This document shows, piece by piece, positions 1 to 12,322 of a DNA stretch of 64,000 bases. This DNA is from Escherichia coli. GTDB lineage: Bacteria > Pseudomonadota > Gammaproteobacteria > Enterobacterales > Enterobacteriaceae. Numbering within the stretch: position 1 is the first letter of the stretch; the number at the start of each line of letters is the position of its first letter. The DNA lies in NCBI RefSeq assembly GCF_044324875.1, contig NZ_CP172185.1; one strand, written 5' to 3'. Under the pieces are notes generated by a model. It saw nothing but the letters and a program-made list of their open reading frames with translations, had not been told where the DNA came from and ran no database searches. The position numbers and the translations under genes are program-made.

Positions 1-1168
1 AGACCACTTTATCAAGCGTGGTGTAACGGAATACCTGTGCCCACATTGTTCTGCGTTAGCTCTGTTCTCCCTACAGTTAAATGCGCCGTCAGGTGGTAAA
101 GGCTACCGCACCGGTTTACGCGGCGGTGGGCCGATGACCACTCTGATTGAATTACAGGAATATCAGGGCAATCAACAAACGCCCTTGTGGCGCAAACTGT
201 GGCTCAATGTGATGCCGCAGGACGAAGCCGACTTACCGCTACCCAAAAAATTTGACGATCTGGTTTTCCCCTGGCTTGGCCCGACGCGTACCAGCGAACT
301 GGCCGGTGCGGTGGTAACCGATGATCAGGTTAATAAACTCCAGGCGTACTGGGGAATGCCGCGGCGTATTCGTATTGATTTTAATACCACGACAGTCGGC
401 AACTGCGATATTTGCGGCGAGCAGAACGACGCGCTCCTGAGCCTGATGACGACCAAAAATTACGGCGCGAATTATGCCATGTGGCAGCATCCCTTAACGC
501 CTTACCGTGTACCCCTTAAAGAGGGCGGCGAGTTTTACTCGGTCAAACCACAACCAGGCGGTTTAATCTGGCGCGACTGGTTAGGCCTTATCGAAACGGG
601 TAAATCAGAAAACAATACGGAACTTCCCGCGCTGGTGGTGAAACTCTTTAATGCCAGCAGTCTCAAGCAGGCAAAAGTGGGCCTGTGGGGATTTGGTTAT
701 GATTTTGACAACATGAAAGCGCGCTGTTGGTACGAACACCATTTTCCGCTGCTGCTCGATAAAAAAGAAGGCCAGATACCGAAGCTGCGGCTGGCTGCGC
801 AAACGGCTTCACGGATTCTGAGTCTGTTACGGAGTGCATTGAAAGAAGCGTGGTTCTCCGATCCAAAAGGTGCACGGGGTGATTTCAGTTTTGTGGATAT
901 CGACTTCTGGAACAAAACTCAGCATCGCTTCCTGAGGTTAGTGCGCCACATTGAAGAAGGTCAGGATGCGGATGAATTACTCAGCAAATGGCAAAAGGAA
1001 ATTTGGTTATTCGCGCGTCAGGATTTTGACGAGCGTGTCTTCACCAATCCATATGAGCCCGTTGATTTGAAACGCGTCATGACCGCGCGCAAGAAATATT
1101 TTACAACATCGGCGGAGAAGCAAAATGCTAAAGCCGCCAGGGAGAAAAAGCAGGAGGCTGCTGAATGA
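1..1168 (+). CDS. casA: Cascade large subunit Cse1/CasA (type I-E), 5' end lies upstream of the window
   Basis: Reading frame of ORF 134..1168 stays open back to position 2; first gene of a tightly overlapping cse1-cse2-cas7-cas5-cas6e-cas1-cas2 series ending at a type I-E CRISPR array; identity from operon position and size rather than sequence recall. Confidence 0.75.
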   Translation, partial: DHFIKRGVTEYLCPHCSALALFSLQLNAPSGGKGYRTGLRGGGPMTTLIELQEYQGNQQTPLWRKLWLNVMPQDEADLPLPKKFDDLVFPWLGPTRTSELAGAVVTDDQVNKLQAYWGMPRRIRIDFNTTTVGNCDICGEQNDALLSLMTTKNYGANYAMWQHPLTPYRVPLKEGGEFYSVKPQPGGLIWRDWLGLIETGKSENNTELPALVVKLFNASSLKQAKVGLWGFGYDFDNMKARCWYEHHFPLLLDKKEGQIPKLRLAAQTASRILSLLRSALKEAWFSDPKGARGDFSFVDIDFWNKTQHRFLRLVRHIEEGQDADELLSKWQKEIWLFARQDFDERVFTNPYEPVDLKRVMTARKKYFTTSAEKQNAKAAREKKQEAAE

Positions 1169-1701
1169 GTATTGTAAAAGAGGAGCACAAAGCCACGCTG
1201 CGTAAATGGCACGAAGAGTTGCAGGAAAAACGCGGCAATCGTGCCAGTCTGCGGCGTAGCACAACGGTTAATGATGTTTGTCTGTCAGAAGGGTTTCGTT
1301 CTCTGCTGATGCAGACCCACACTTTGTGGAAAATTGAAGCACAAGAGTGGCGTTTTACCGCACTGGCGCTGGTCGCCGCAGTTAGCGCCAATGTTAAAGC
1401 TATTGATGAACGGCAGCCTTTTGCCGCGCAGCTGGCGGCGGTAATGTCGGAGGGGCGTTTTACTCGCCTGTCGGCAGTAAAAACGCCTGATGATTTACTG
1501 CGTCAGTTACGTCGCGCGGTCAAATTATTAAATGGTTCCGTCAATCTTATCTCTTTGGCAGAAGATATTTTCCGCTGGTGCCAGGAGAGCGACGACCTGC
1601 TCAATCATCACCGCCGCCAGCAGCGGCCAACAGAATTTATCCGTATCCGCTGGGCGCTGGAATATTACCAGGCTGGCGACGCCGATAACGAACAAAATTA
1701 A
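1165..1701 (+). CDS. casB: Cascade small subunit Cse2/CasB (type I-E)
   Basis: 178 aa ORF; ATG overlaps the casA stop (ATGA); size and position as expected for Cse2; sequence differs from the K-12 CasB I recall. Confidence 0.7.
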   Translation: MSIVKEEHKATLRKWHEELQEKRGNRASLRRSTTVNDVCLSEGFRSLLMQTHTLWKIEAQEWRFTALALVAAVSANVKAIDERQPFAAQLAAVMSEGRFTRLSAVKTPDDLLRQLRRAVKLLNGSVNLISLAEDIFRWCQESDDLLNHHRRQQRPTEFIRIRWALEYYQAGDADNEQN

Positions 1702-1715
1702 TAAAGGACTATCTC

Positions 1716-2771
1716 ATGACGACATTTATTCAGCTTCATTTGTTAACCGCTTACCCTGCTGCCAACCTTAACCGTGATGACACCGGTGCGCCAAAAACTG
1801 TGGTACTGGGTGGAGCAACGCGTCTGCGCGTTTCCTCACAAAGTCTGAAACGTGCGTGGCGCACTTCTGCACTTTTTGAACAGGCACTGGCGGGCCATAT
1901 TGGTATTCGCAGTGGGCGTATTGCGCGTGAGGCGGCAACTATCCTGATTGAGAAAGGCATCGAAGAGAAAAAAGCCATCGAATGGGCGGCAAAAATTGCG
2001 GATTATCTTGGGAAAGCTAAAAACGACAAAAAACCAAAAGATCCGCTCACTAACGCCGAAACTGAACAGCTAGTCCATATCAGCCCGGCAGAATTTGACG
2101 CCGTAAAAGCGCTGGCCCATCAACTGGCCGAAGAAAAGCGCGCGCCAAAAGAGGAAGATCTCGCTTTGTTACGTAAAGATCGCATGGCGGTAGATATCGC
2201 TATGTTTGGTCGTATGCTGGCGAATAAACCCGAATTTAATGTTGAAGCCGCCTGCCAGGTCGCGCATGCATTTGGTGTCAGTGAAACGATTGTCGAAGAT
2301 GATTTTTTCACCGCCGTTGATGATTTGCGCCAGGCTTCTGAAGATGCCGGTGCCGGGCATCTTGGTGAAACCGGATTCGGTTCTGCGCTGTTCTACACCT
2401 ATATCTGCATCGATAAAGATCTGCTGGTCGAAAACCTCGGCGGTGACGAAGCGTTAGCTAATCAGACCTTGCGCGCCTTTACGGAAGCCGCACTTAAAGT
2501 CTCCCCAACCGGCAAACAGAACAGCTTTGCCAGCCGTGCCTACGCCTCCTGGGCGCTGGCAGAAAAAGGCACTGAACAACCACGCTCTCTGGCGGCGGCT
2601 TTCTATGAACCCATTAATGGCACCCGGCAGTTAGATGTGGCGGTGCAGCGTATTACAACGCTTCGCGAAAATATGAATACGGTCTATGAACAGAAGACCG
2701 AATGCGCAAGCTTTGACGTGATGAACAAACAGGGAAGCATGAAGGACGTGCTGGACTTTATCTGCGCGTAA
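1716..2771 (+). CDS. casC: Cascade backbone subunit Cas7e/CasC
   Basis: 351 aa ORF immediately after cse2, correct size and position for Cas7e. Confidence 0.75.
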   Translation: MTTFIQLHLLTAYPAANLNRDDTGAPKTVVLGGATRLRVSSQSLKRAWRTSALFEQALAGHIGIRSGRIAREAATILIEKGIEEKKAIEWAAKIADYLGKAKNDKKPKDPLTNAETEQLVHISPAEFDAVKALAHQLAEEKRAPKEEDLALLRKDRMAVDIAMFGRMLANKPEFNVEAACQVAHAFGVSETIVEDDFFTAVDDLRQASEDAGAGHLGETGFGSALFYTYICIDKDLLVENLGGDEALANQTLRAFTEAALKVSPTGKQNSFASRAYASWALAEKGTEQPRSLAAAFYEPINGTRQLDVAVQRITTLRENMNTVYEQKTECASFDVMNKQGSMKDVLDFICA

Positions 2772-2781
2772 GGGGCGGCTA

Positions 2782-3528
2782 ATGAGCCAATATTTGATTT
2801 TTCAGCTTCATGGGCCAATGGCATCCTGGGGCGTCGATGCCCCCGGCGAAGTGCGTCATACCCATGAACTGCCTTCGCGCTCAGCATTGCTGGGGCTGCT
2901 GGCTGCCGGGGTAGGGATTCGGCGTGATGATACCGAACGATTAAACGCGTTTAACCGCCACTATTCACTGGTGGTTTGCGCCAGCCGTAACCCGCGCTGG
3001 GCACGGGATTATCACACGGTCCAGATGCCAAAAGAGGTGCGTAAAGCGCGTTATTTCAGCCGTCGCGAAGAGTTGAGCGCCCCTGATCTTCTGAGCGCGA
3101 TTATCTCCCGGCGCGACTACTACACCGATGCCTGGTGGATGGTGGCGGTGGCAACAACCCCCGATGCGCCTTACAGGCTTGAACAGTTGCAGGACGGTTT
3201 ACGTCATCCGGTTTTTCCGCTTTATCTGGGGCGAAAAAGTCATCCGCTGGCGTTACCACTTGCGCCGTTACTGCTCGAAGGCAACGCGTCTGATGTCTTA
3301 CGTAACGCATACCAACAGTATCAGGATAGTTTCCGCGAACTGAAAGTCTCACTCCCGAAACTTCAGGATGAATGCTGGTGGGAAGGGGAACACGACGGCC
3401 TGGTCGCGAGCAAAATATTACGTCGCCGGGATGTTCCTTTAAATCGTCAGCAGTGGCTGTTTGGGGAACGCACCATCAATCAGGGGCCGTGGCTCAGCAA
3501 GGAGGAACCATGTACCTCTCAAGAATAA
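2782..3528 (+). CDS. casD: Cascade subunit Cas5e/CasD
   Basis: 248 aa ORF; N-terminus MSQYLIFQLHGPMASWG...SALLGLLAAGVGIRRDD resembles the CasD N-terminus as I recall it. Confidence 0.8.
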   Translation: MSQYLIFQLHGPMASWGVDAPGEVRHTHELPSRSALLGLLAAGVGIRRDDTERLNAFNRHYSLVVCASRNPRWARDYHTVQMPKEVRKARYFSRREELSAPDLLSAIISRRDYYTDAWWMVAVATTPDAPYRLEQLQDGLRHPVFPLYLGRKSHPLALPLAPLLLEGNASDVLRNAYQQYQDSFRELKVSLPKLQDECWWEGEHDGLVASKILRRRDVPLNRQQWLFGERTINQGPWLSKEEPCTSQE

Positions 3529-4156
3529 CCTTACATACCGGCCAGCTTTTGCCTGCGCAGTTGCTGCATTTGGTGGATCGCGGTGAATATGTAATGCATC
3601 AGTGGCTGTGGGATCTTTTTCCTGGCGGCAAAGAAAGGCAATTTCTTTATCGTCGGGAAGAACTCCAGGGGGCGTTTCGCTTTTTTGTCCTGTCGCAGGA
3701 ACGCCCGGCGGAAAGTGATATTTTCACCATCGAATGCCGACCATTTGCGCCAGAGTTGCGTACCGGACAATCCCTTTGTTTCAACCTGCGGGCGAATCCA
3801 ACAATTTGTAAAGCGGGCAAACGCCACGACTTGCTGATGGAGGCGAAACGGCAGGTGAGGGGGCAGGTGGAAGGAAGTGATGTCTGGTTGCATCAACAAC
3901 AGGCGGCGCTGGACTGGCTGGCAGCGCAGGGGGAAAGAAGCGGTTTTACACTACTGGATACCTCGGTCGATGCCTACCGACAACAGCAACTGCGGCGGGA
4001 AAACTCCCGGCAACTGATCCAGTTCAGTAGCGTGGATTATACGGGGATGCTTACGGTCACCGATCCTGGGTTATTTCTGCAACGTCTCAGTCAGGGGTAT
4101 GGCAAAAGCCGGGCGTTCGGTTGTGGTCTGATGCTGATCAAACCCGGAGCAGAGGC

Positions 4157-4160
<4 letters not shown>
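3510..4160 (+). CDS. casE: Cas6e/CasE pre-crRNA endoribonuclease
   Basis: Start set at ATG 3510 (MYLSRI..., AGGAGG 5 nt upstream) inside the longer ORF 3372..4160; overlaps the end of casD; position before cas1. Confidence 0.75.
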
Positions 4161-5370
<1,210 letters not shown>

Positions 5371-5466
5371 GTTAGACGTTCTTTAAAAATAAGGAAATGT
5401 TTGAATTTAGTTGGTAGATTGTTGATGTGGAATAAATTTGTTTAAAAACAGATATGTATGCTTAGT
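5371..5466 (+). promoter_or_regulatory. CRISPR leader (AT-rich, between cas2 stop and first repeat)
   Basis: About 96 bp AT-rich non-coding stretch directly upstream of repeat 1; leader-array promoter expected here by analogy with E. coli I-E arrays. Confidence 0.6.
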
Positions 5467-5983
5467 GTGTTCCCCGCGCCAGCGGGGATAAACCGCTTTT
5501 GTTTCTGATTTCTACGCCTGTGGGTAAGTGTTCCCCGCGCCAGCGGGGATAAACCGGAGCAACTACTCGCAGCACAACAGGCAGGTAGGTGTTCCCCGCG
5601 CCAGCGGGGATAAACCGTTTTCTCTAATTACAGTGATTTTTCAAAATCCGTGTTCCCCGCGCCAGCGGGGATAAACCGCGATTCAAAAATAAAATGACGA
5701 CGGAGGAGGCGTGTTCCCCGCGCCAGCGGGGATAAACCGCCGTCGAAGTGACCATGCTCTTTCATTGTGATGTGTTCCCCGCGCCAGCGGGGATAAACCG
5801 AACACAGCGTAAAACCGTCGCAGCCATGCCGAGAGTTCCCCGCGCCAGTGGGGATAAACCGATTGGTCGGTTATGCATCCTGCTAACCAGATTGTGTTCC
5901 CCGCACCAGCGGGGATAAACCGTAATATTAGACTAATGTTTTTTTGTTGAGTTCGTGTTCCCCCGCCACTGCGGTAGAACTCC
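5467..5983 (+). CRISPR. Type I-E CRISPR array: 9 repeats of 29 bp (last degenerate), 8 spacers of 32 bp, 61 bp period
   Basis: Repeat GTGTTCCCCGCGCCAGCGGGGATAAACCG begins at 5467, 5528, 5589, 5650, 5711, 5772, 5833, 5894; repeat 7 reads GAGTTCCCCGCGCCAGTGGGGATAAACCG and repeat 8 GTGTTCCCCGCACCAGCGGGGATAAACCG; degenerate terminal repeat at 5955..5983. Confidence 0.97.
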
Positions 5984-6004
5984 CAGCTCCCATTTTCATA
6001 CCCA

Positions 6005-7042
6005 TCAAGACGCCTTCGCCAGCTCCTTCACCAGCGGTAGCATTATCCGCATAACATCACGGCAGCGACGTTCTATTCTTCCTGGAAGTGCCTTATCAAT
6101 ATGTTGTTGATTATCCAGTCTTACGTCATGCCAGCTATTTCCCGCAGGGAATGCAGCTGTTTTTGCGCGTTGCTGATAACCATCCTTATTCCCAAGATTC
6201 CAATTTGTTGCTTCTACCGAAAGTACGGCAATACCGGCTTTGTCGAAAACTTCGGCGTCATTACAACAGCCAGTACCCTTCGGATAATTTTTATTCAAAC
6301 CCGGATTGGTCGTTGCGGCAATTCCATGACTACGCGCAATTGCCAGTGCCCTGTCGCGCGTTAATTTCCTTACTGCTTCAGGGGTTTTTACACCACTGTT
6401 GAAATACAATTTATCGCCAACAATTAAGTTATCGAGATTAATCACCAGCAGCGTATTTTTCTTTTCGGTGTCACTCATCCGCTTGAGTAAATTCTCAGCT
6501 CCTAATTTCCCTTCCTCTTCACCACTGGTCGCCACAAATCGAATACCATACTCGGTAGGCGTATTTTTCAGGCGTTCTGCCAGTTCCAGCATGACACCTA
6601 AACCTGCGGCGTTATCATCCATTCCTTGTAACGTCAGTCCGCCGAGATTGGCATCGGCGTCAGCATCGCTCAGCGGGGCGTAAGTATCCAGATGCGCCAT
6701 AATGATGATCTGCTGCGGCGCTTTGCCTTCATGAGCGGCAATCACCGTACTTCCCGTCACGTTATGCCAGCTCTTGCGATTATCGCGGGCGGTATAAATA
6801 TACCGACTATTAAATGTCCGAATATCACTGCGATAACCCATTTGCTGAAACTGTTGGCGAATATAATCGGCAGATAACATTTCTGCAGGAGTTCCGGTCA
6901 TGCGTCCCGGAAAGAAAGTAGCAATATGTCGTGCCTGGGTATTAGCAAAATCGCCAGGTTTAGGTGACGAGGCGTGTACGGGGAGAATAAAGCATACGCC
7001 GAGCGCCAGGGCAGCGGTACGGTGGCGCAATGCGGAAAACAT
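6005..7042 (-). CDS. iap: Alkaline phosphatase isozyme conversion aminopeptidase
   Basis: 345 aa ORF with N-terminal signal peptide; classical position next to the CRISPR array. Confidence 0.9.
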   Translation of the reverse strand: MFSALRHRTAALALGVCFILPVHASSPKPGDFANTQARHIATFFPGRMTGTPAEMLSADYIRQQFQQMGYRSDIRTFNSRYIYTARDNRKSWHNVTGSTVIAAHEGKAPQQIIIMAHLDTYAPLSDADADANLGGLTLQGMDDNAAGLGVMLELAERLKNTPTEYGIRFVATSGEEEGKLGAENLLKRMSDTEKKNTLLVINLDNLIVGDKLYFNSGVKTPEAVRKLTRDRALAIARSHGIAATTNPGLNKNYPKGTGCCNDAEVFDKAGIAVLSVEATNWNLGNKDGYQQRAKTAAFPAGNSWHDVRLDNQQHIDKALPGRIERRCRDVMRIMLPLVKELAKAS

Positions 7043-7293
7043 AGTGAGTCCTTAAATACCATGCAAATTTTTTTACCGCCATAGTATGAAACTGCCGCTG
7101 CGCTAAAACAATTTCAAATCTTCCTAAACGCCCGAAATCCGGTGGCTTAAGCACTTTTTGATATTAGCTTTGCCAAATCGTTATTCCGTTAAGGAACTAC
7201 TCATTCTAATTGGTAATTTCATTCGTTCTCTTACGCTCCCTATAGTCGAAACATCTGATGGCAAGAAAATAGCGGTATTGCAAAGGAACGGTT

Positions 7294-8202
7294 ATGGATC
7301 AAAAACGACTTACTCACCTGCGGCAACTGGAGGCGGAAAGCATCCACATTATTCGCGAGGTGGCGGCAGAATTCTCAAATCCGGTGATGCTCTACTCTAT
7401 CGGTAAAGATTCCAGCGTCATGCTGCATCTGGCGCGCAAGGCGTTTTATCCAGGTACGCTGCCTTTCCCGTTGCTGCATGTCGATACCGGCTGGAAATTC
7501 CGCGAGATGTATGAGTTCCGCGATCGTACGGCGAAAGCCTACGGCTGCGAGCTGCTGGTGCATAAAAACCCGGAAGGCGTGGCGATGGGGATTAATCCAT
7601 TCGTGCACGGCAGCGCGAAACATACCGATATTATGAAAACTGAAGGCCTGAAACAGGCGCTGAACAAATACGGTTTTGATGCCGCCTTCGGTGGTGCGCG
7701 CCGTGACGAAGAGAAATCCCGCGCTAAAGAGCGAATCTACTCTTTCCGTGACCGCTTCCATCGCTGGGATCCGAAAAATCAGCGCCCGGAGCTGTGGCAC
7801 AACTACAACGGGCAAATTAACAAAGGCGAAAGCATCCGCGTCTTCCCGCTCTCTAACTGGACCGAGCAGGATATCTGGCAATACATCTGGCTGGAAAATA
7901 TTGACATTGTTCCACTGTATCTCGCTGCGGAACGACCGGTTCTGGAACGCGACGGTATGTTGATGATGATTGATGACAACCGTATCGACCTGCAACCGGG
8001 AGAAGTGATTAAAAAACGGATGGTGCGTTTCCGTACGCTGGGCTGCTGGCCGCTGACCGGTGCGGTGGAGTCAAATGCACAAACACTGCCGGAAATCATC
8101 GAAGAGATGCTGGTTTCCACCACCAGTGAACGCCAGGGTCGCGTGATTGACCGCGACCAGGCGGGGTCTATGGAGCTGAAAAAACGTCAGGGGTATTTTT
8201 AA
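7294..8202 (+). CDS. cysD: Sulfate adenylyltransferase subunit 2
   Basis: 302 aa, [27 protein letters not shown]...; PAPS-reductase-like fold; followed by cysN and cysC. Confidence 0.95.
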   Translation: MDQKRLTHLRQLEAESIHIIREVAAEFSNPVMLYSIGKDSSVMLHLARKAFYPGTLPFPLLHVDTGWKFREMYEFRDRTAKAYGCELLVHKNPEGVAMGINPFVHGSAKHTDIMKTEGLKQALNKYGFDAAFGGARRDEEKSRAKERIYSFRDRFHRWDPKNQRPELWHNYNGQINKGESIRVFPLSNWTEQDIWQYIWLENIDIVPLYLAAERPVLERDGMLMMIDDNRIDLQPGEVIKKRMVRFRTLGCWPLTGAVESNAQTLPEIIEEMLVSTTSERQGRVIDRDQAGSMELKKRQGYF

Positions 8203-8203
8203 G

Positions 8204-9631
8204 ATGAACACCGCACTTGCACAACAAATCGCCAATGAAGGCGGCGTCGAAGCCTGGATGATTGCGCAACAACATAAAAGCCTGCTGCGTTTTCTGACCT
8301 GTGGTAGCGTCGATGACGGCAAAAGTACCCTGATTGGTCGCCTGCTGCACGATACCCGCCAAATCTACGAAGATCAGCTCTCATCGCTGCATAACGACAG
8401 TAAACGTCACGGCACCCAGGGCGAAAAACTGGATCTGGCACTGCTGGTGGACGGCCTGCAAGCTGAGCGCGAACAGGGCATCACCATTGACGTGGCTTAC
8501 CGTTATTTCTCTACCGAGAAGCGTAAATTTATTATCGCCGATACCCCAGGGCACGAGCAGTACACTCGCAATATGGCGACTGGCGCATCGACATGTGAAC
8601 TGGCGATCTTACTGATCGATGCCCGTAAAGGCGTGCTCGATCAAACCCGTCGTCACAGTTTTATCTCCACACTGTTGGGGATCAAACATCTGGTCGTGGC
8701 GATCAACAAAATGGATCTGGTGGGTTACAGTGAAGAGACGTTCACCCGTATTCGCGAAGATTATCTGACGTTTGCCGGGCAGCTGCCGGGTAATCTGGAT
8801 ATCCGCTTTGTGCCGCTCTCTGCACTGGAAGGCGACAACGTGGCTTCGCAAAGTGAAAGTATGCCGTGGTACAGCGGTCCGACACTGCTCGAAGTGCTGG
8901 AAACCGTGGAGATCCAGCGAGTGGTGGATGCCCAGCCAATGCGCTTCCCGGTGCAGTACGTTAATCGCCCGAATCTCGATTTTCGTGGCTACGCCGGAAC
9001 GCTTGCCTCCGGTCGCGTGGAAGTCGGGCAACGTGTCAAAGTGCTGCCCTCTGGTGTGGAATCAAACGTCGCGCGGATCGTGACTTTTGATGGCGATCGC
9101 GAAGAAGCCTTTGCCGGAGAAGCGATCACCCTGGTGCTGACGGATGAGATCGACATCAGCCGTGGCGATCTGCTGCTGGCGGCAGACGAAGCGTTACCGG
9201 CTGTGCAGAGCGCGTCGGTGGATGTGGTATGGATGGCGGAACAGCCGCTTTCCCCAGGCCAGAGTTACGACATCAAAATTGCCGGTAAGAAGACGCGTGC
9301 TCGTGTTGATGGCATTCGTTATCAGGTTGATATTAATAACCTTACCCAACGCGAAGTTGAAAACCTGCCGCTGAACGGCATCGGCCTGGTGGATCTCACT
9401 TTTGACGAGCCACTGGTGTTAGATCGTTATCAGCAAAACCCGGTTACCGGTGGGCTGATTTTTATCGATCGCCTGAGCAATGTGACCGTGGGTGCCGGTA
9501 TGGTGCACGAGCCAGTTAGCCAGGCAACTACTGCGCCATCTGAATTCAGTGCATTCGAACTGGAATTGAATGCCCTGGTTCGCCGCCACTTTCCACACTG
9601 GGGCGCGCGCGATTTGCTGGGGGATAAATAA
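8204..9631 (+). CDS. cysN: Sulfate adenylyltransferase subunit 1 (GTPase)
   Basis: 475 aa with GTP-binding motifs ([18 protein letters not shown]). Confidence 0.95.
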
Positions 9632-10236
9632 TGGCGCTGCATGACGAAAACGTCGTCTGGCATAGCCATCCGGTCACTGTGCAACAACGCGAGCTACACC
9701 ACGGTCATCGTGGTGTAGTGCTGTGGTTTACCGGCCTCTCCGGGTCCGGTAAATCAACGGTCGCCGGGGCGCTGGAGGAGGCGTTACATAAACTCGGCGT
9801 CAGTACGTATCTGCTGGATGGCGACAATGTTCGCCATGGATTATGCAGCGATCTCGGTTTTAGCGATGCCGATCGTAAAGAGAATATCCGTCGCGTCGGT
9901 GAAGTGGCGAATTTGATGGTTGAAGCCGGACTGGTGGTGCTGACCGCATTCATCTCGCCACACCGCGCCGAACGCCAGATGGTTCGCGAACGCGTAGGAG
10001 AAGGGCGCTTTATCGAAGTGTTTGTCGATACACCGCTGGCGATTTGCGAAGCCCGCGATCCAAAAGGCTTATATAAGAAAGCGCGTGCCGGTGAACTGCG
10101 TAACTTTACGGGAATAGATTCCGTTTACGAAGCGCCTGAATCGGCAGAAATTCATCTCAATGGTGAACAATTAGTAACAAATTTGGTACAGCAATTATTA
10201 GATCTGTTGAGACAGAACGATATTATCAGATCCTGA
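9631..10236 (+). CDS. cysC: Adenylylsulfate (APS) kinase
   Basis: 201 aa with P-loop GLSGSGKST; overlaps the cysN stop. Confidence 0.95.
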
Positions 10237-10285
10237 GACACCACCGGGTTTCCATGCCCGGTTCGTCAAAGTAACAGGATCAAAT

Positions 10286-10609
10286 ATGCGTAATAGCCAT
10301 AACATTACACTAACAAATAACGACAGCCTTACTGAGGATGAAGAAACCACATGGTCACTGCCTGGTGCCGTGGTCGGTTTTATCTCCTGGTTATTTGCGC
10401 TGGCGATGCCGATGTTGATTTATGGCTCTAACACGCTGTTCTTCTTTATCTACACCTGGCCTTTCTTTTTGGCACTGATGCCTGTCGCGGTAGTGGTGGG
10501 GATTGCGCTGCATTCATTGATGGACGGAAAGCTACGCTACAGTATTGTTTTCACCCTGATGACAGTAGGCATTATGTTTAGCGCACTGTTTATGTGGCTA
10601 CTGGGCTAA
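10286..10609 (+). CDS. ygbE: Small inner-membrane protein YgbE
   Basis: 107 aa hydrophobic ORF in the expected position between cysC and ftsB. Confidence 0.8.
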   Translation: MRNSHNITLTNNDSLTEDEETTWSLPGAVVGFISWLFALAMPMLIYGSNTLFFFIYTWPFFLALMPVAVVVGIALHSLMDGKLRYSIVFTLMTVGIMFSALFMWLLG

Positions 10610-10802
10610 TTTGTACTTTCTTGTCTCCTCTGTTCATAATTCAAACCGTAACTAATAATGAGATTATGTTCTGCACGCCCTGGGTATACGTAACAATGGA
10701 CAAATGTGGTACATTTGCCCGCGTTGTCGCGGTATCCCCAACAGAGGATGTAGAGTCATCTTCGGATGCATGGGATGATGATGCCGTTTTTCAGGGGGCA
10801 GG

Positions 10803-11114
10803 ATGGGTAAACTAACGCTGCTGTTGCTGGCTATTCTGGTCTGGCTACAGTATTCGCTGTGGTTCGGTAAGAACGGTATACATGACTATACCCGCGTCAA
10901 TGATGATGTGGCGGCACAGCAAGCTACAAACGCGAAACTTAAAGCGCGAAACGATCAACTTTTTGCCGAAATTGACGATCTCAATGGCGGCCAGGAGGCG
11001 CTCGAAGAGCGTGCGCGTAATGAACTCAGCATGACCAGGCCGGGCGAAACTTTTTATCGTCTGGTGCCTGACGCGTCGAAGCGCGCACAGTCTGCGGGGC
11101 AAAACAATCGATAA
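10803..11114 (+). CDS. ftsB: Cell division protein FtsB
   Basis: 103 aa, N-terminal TM segment then coiled coil; [25 protein letters not shown]... Confidence 0.9.
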
Positions 11115-11132
11115 ATCAGCCCAGGAATTAAC

Positions 11133-11843
11133 ATGGCAACCACTCATTTGGATGTTTGCGCCGTGGTTCCGGCGGCCGGATTTGGCCGTCGAATGCAAAC
11201 GGAATGTCCTAAGCAATATCTCTCAATCGGTAATCAAACCATTCTTGAACACTCGGTGCATGCGCTGCTGGCGCATCCCCGGGTGACACGTGTCGTCATT
11301 GCCATAAGTCCTGGCGATAGCCGTTTTGCACAACTTCCTCTGGCGAATCATCCGCAAATCACCGTTGTAGATGGCGGTGATGAGCGTGCCGATTCCGTGC
11401 TGGCAGGTCTGAAAGCCGCTGGCGACGCGCAGTGGGTATTGGTGCATGACGCCGCTCGTCCTTGTCTGCATCAGGATGACCTCGCGCGATTGTTGGCGTT
11501 GAGCGAAACCAGCCGCACGGGGGGGATCCTCGCCGCACCAGTGCGCGATACGATGAAACGTGCCGAACCGGGCAAAAATGCCATTGCTCATACCGTTGAT
11601 CGCAACGGCTTATGGCACGCGCTGACGCCGCAATTTTTCCCTCGTGAGCTGTTACATGACTGCCTGACGCGCGCTCTAAATGAAGGCGCTACCATTACCG
11701 ACGAAGCCTCGGCGCTGGAATATTGCGGATTTCATCCGCAGTTGGTCGAAGGCCGCGCGGATAACATTAAAGTCACGCGCCCGGAAGATTTGGCACTGGC
11801 CGAGTTTTACCTCACCCGAACCATCCATCAGGAGAATACATAA
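11133..11843 (+). CDS. ispD: 2-C-methyl-D-erythritol 4-phosphate cytidylyltransferase
   Basis: 236 aa; [10 protein letters not shown] motif; followed by ispF. Confidence 0.93.
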
Positions 11844-12322
11844 TGCGAATTGGACACGGTTTTGACGTACACGCCTTTGGCGGTGAAGGCCCAATTATCA
11901 TTGGTGGCGTACGCATTCCTTACGAAAAAGGATTGCTGGCGCATTCTGATGGCGACGTGGCGCTCCATGCGTTGACCGATGCATTGCTTGGCGCGGCGGC
12001 GCTGGGGGATATCGGCAAACTGTTCCCGGATACCGATCCGGCATTTAAAGGTGCCGACAGCCGCGAGCTGCTACGCGAAGCCTGGCGTCGTATTCAGGCG
12101 AAGGGTTATACCCTGGGCAACGTCGATGTCACTATCATCGCTCAGGCACCGAAGATGTTGCCGCACATTCCACAAATGCGCGTGTTTATTGCCGAAGATC
12201 TCGGCTGCCATATGGATGATGTTAACGTGAAAGCCACTACTACGGAAAAACTTGGATTTACCGGACGTGGGGAAGGGATTGCCTGTGAAGCGGTGGCGCT
12301 ACTCATTAAGGCAACAAAATGA
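11843..12322 (+). CDS. ispF: 2-C-methyl-D-erythritol 2,4-cyclodiphosphate synthase
   Basis: 159 aa, [39 protein letters not shown]... Confidence 0.95.

Noticed and set aside
3372-3509. Longer N-terminal extension of casE from the ORF-track start
   Set aside because: The extension lies inside casD in another frame and lacks an RBS; ATG 3510 has an AGGAGG RBS and begins the MYLSRI... N-terminus typical of Cas6e.
5496-5954. Possibility that CRISPR spacers target sequences elsewhere in this window (self-targeting)
   Set aside because: No spacer-like match was seen by eye in the rest of the window; a database search is needed to say more.
10594-10815. 73 aa ORF spanning the ygbE-ftsB intergenic region
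   Set aside because: It overlaps the 3' end of ygbE and the ftsB start, has no RBS, and the region is expected to hold the ftsB promoter.
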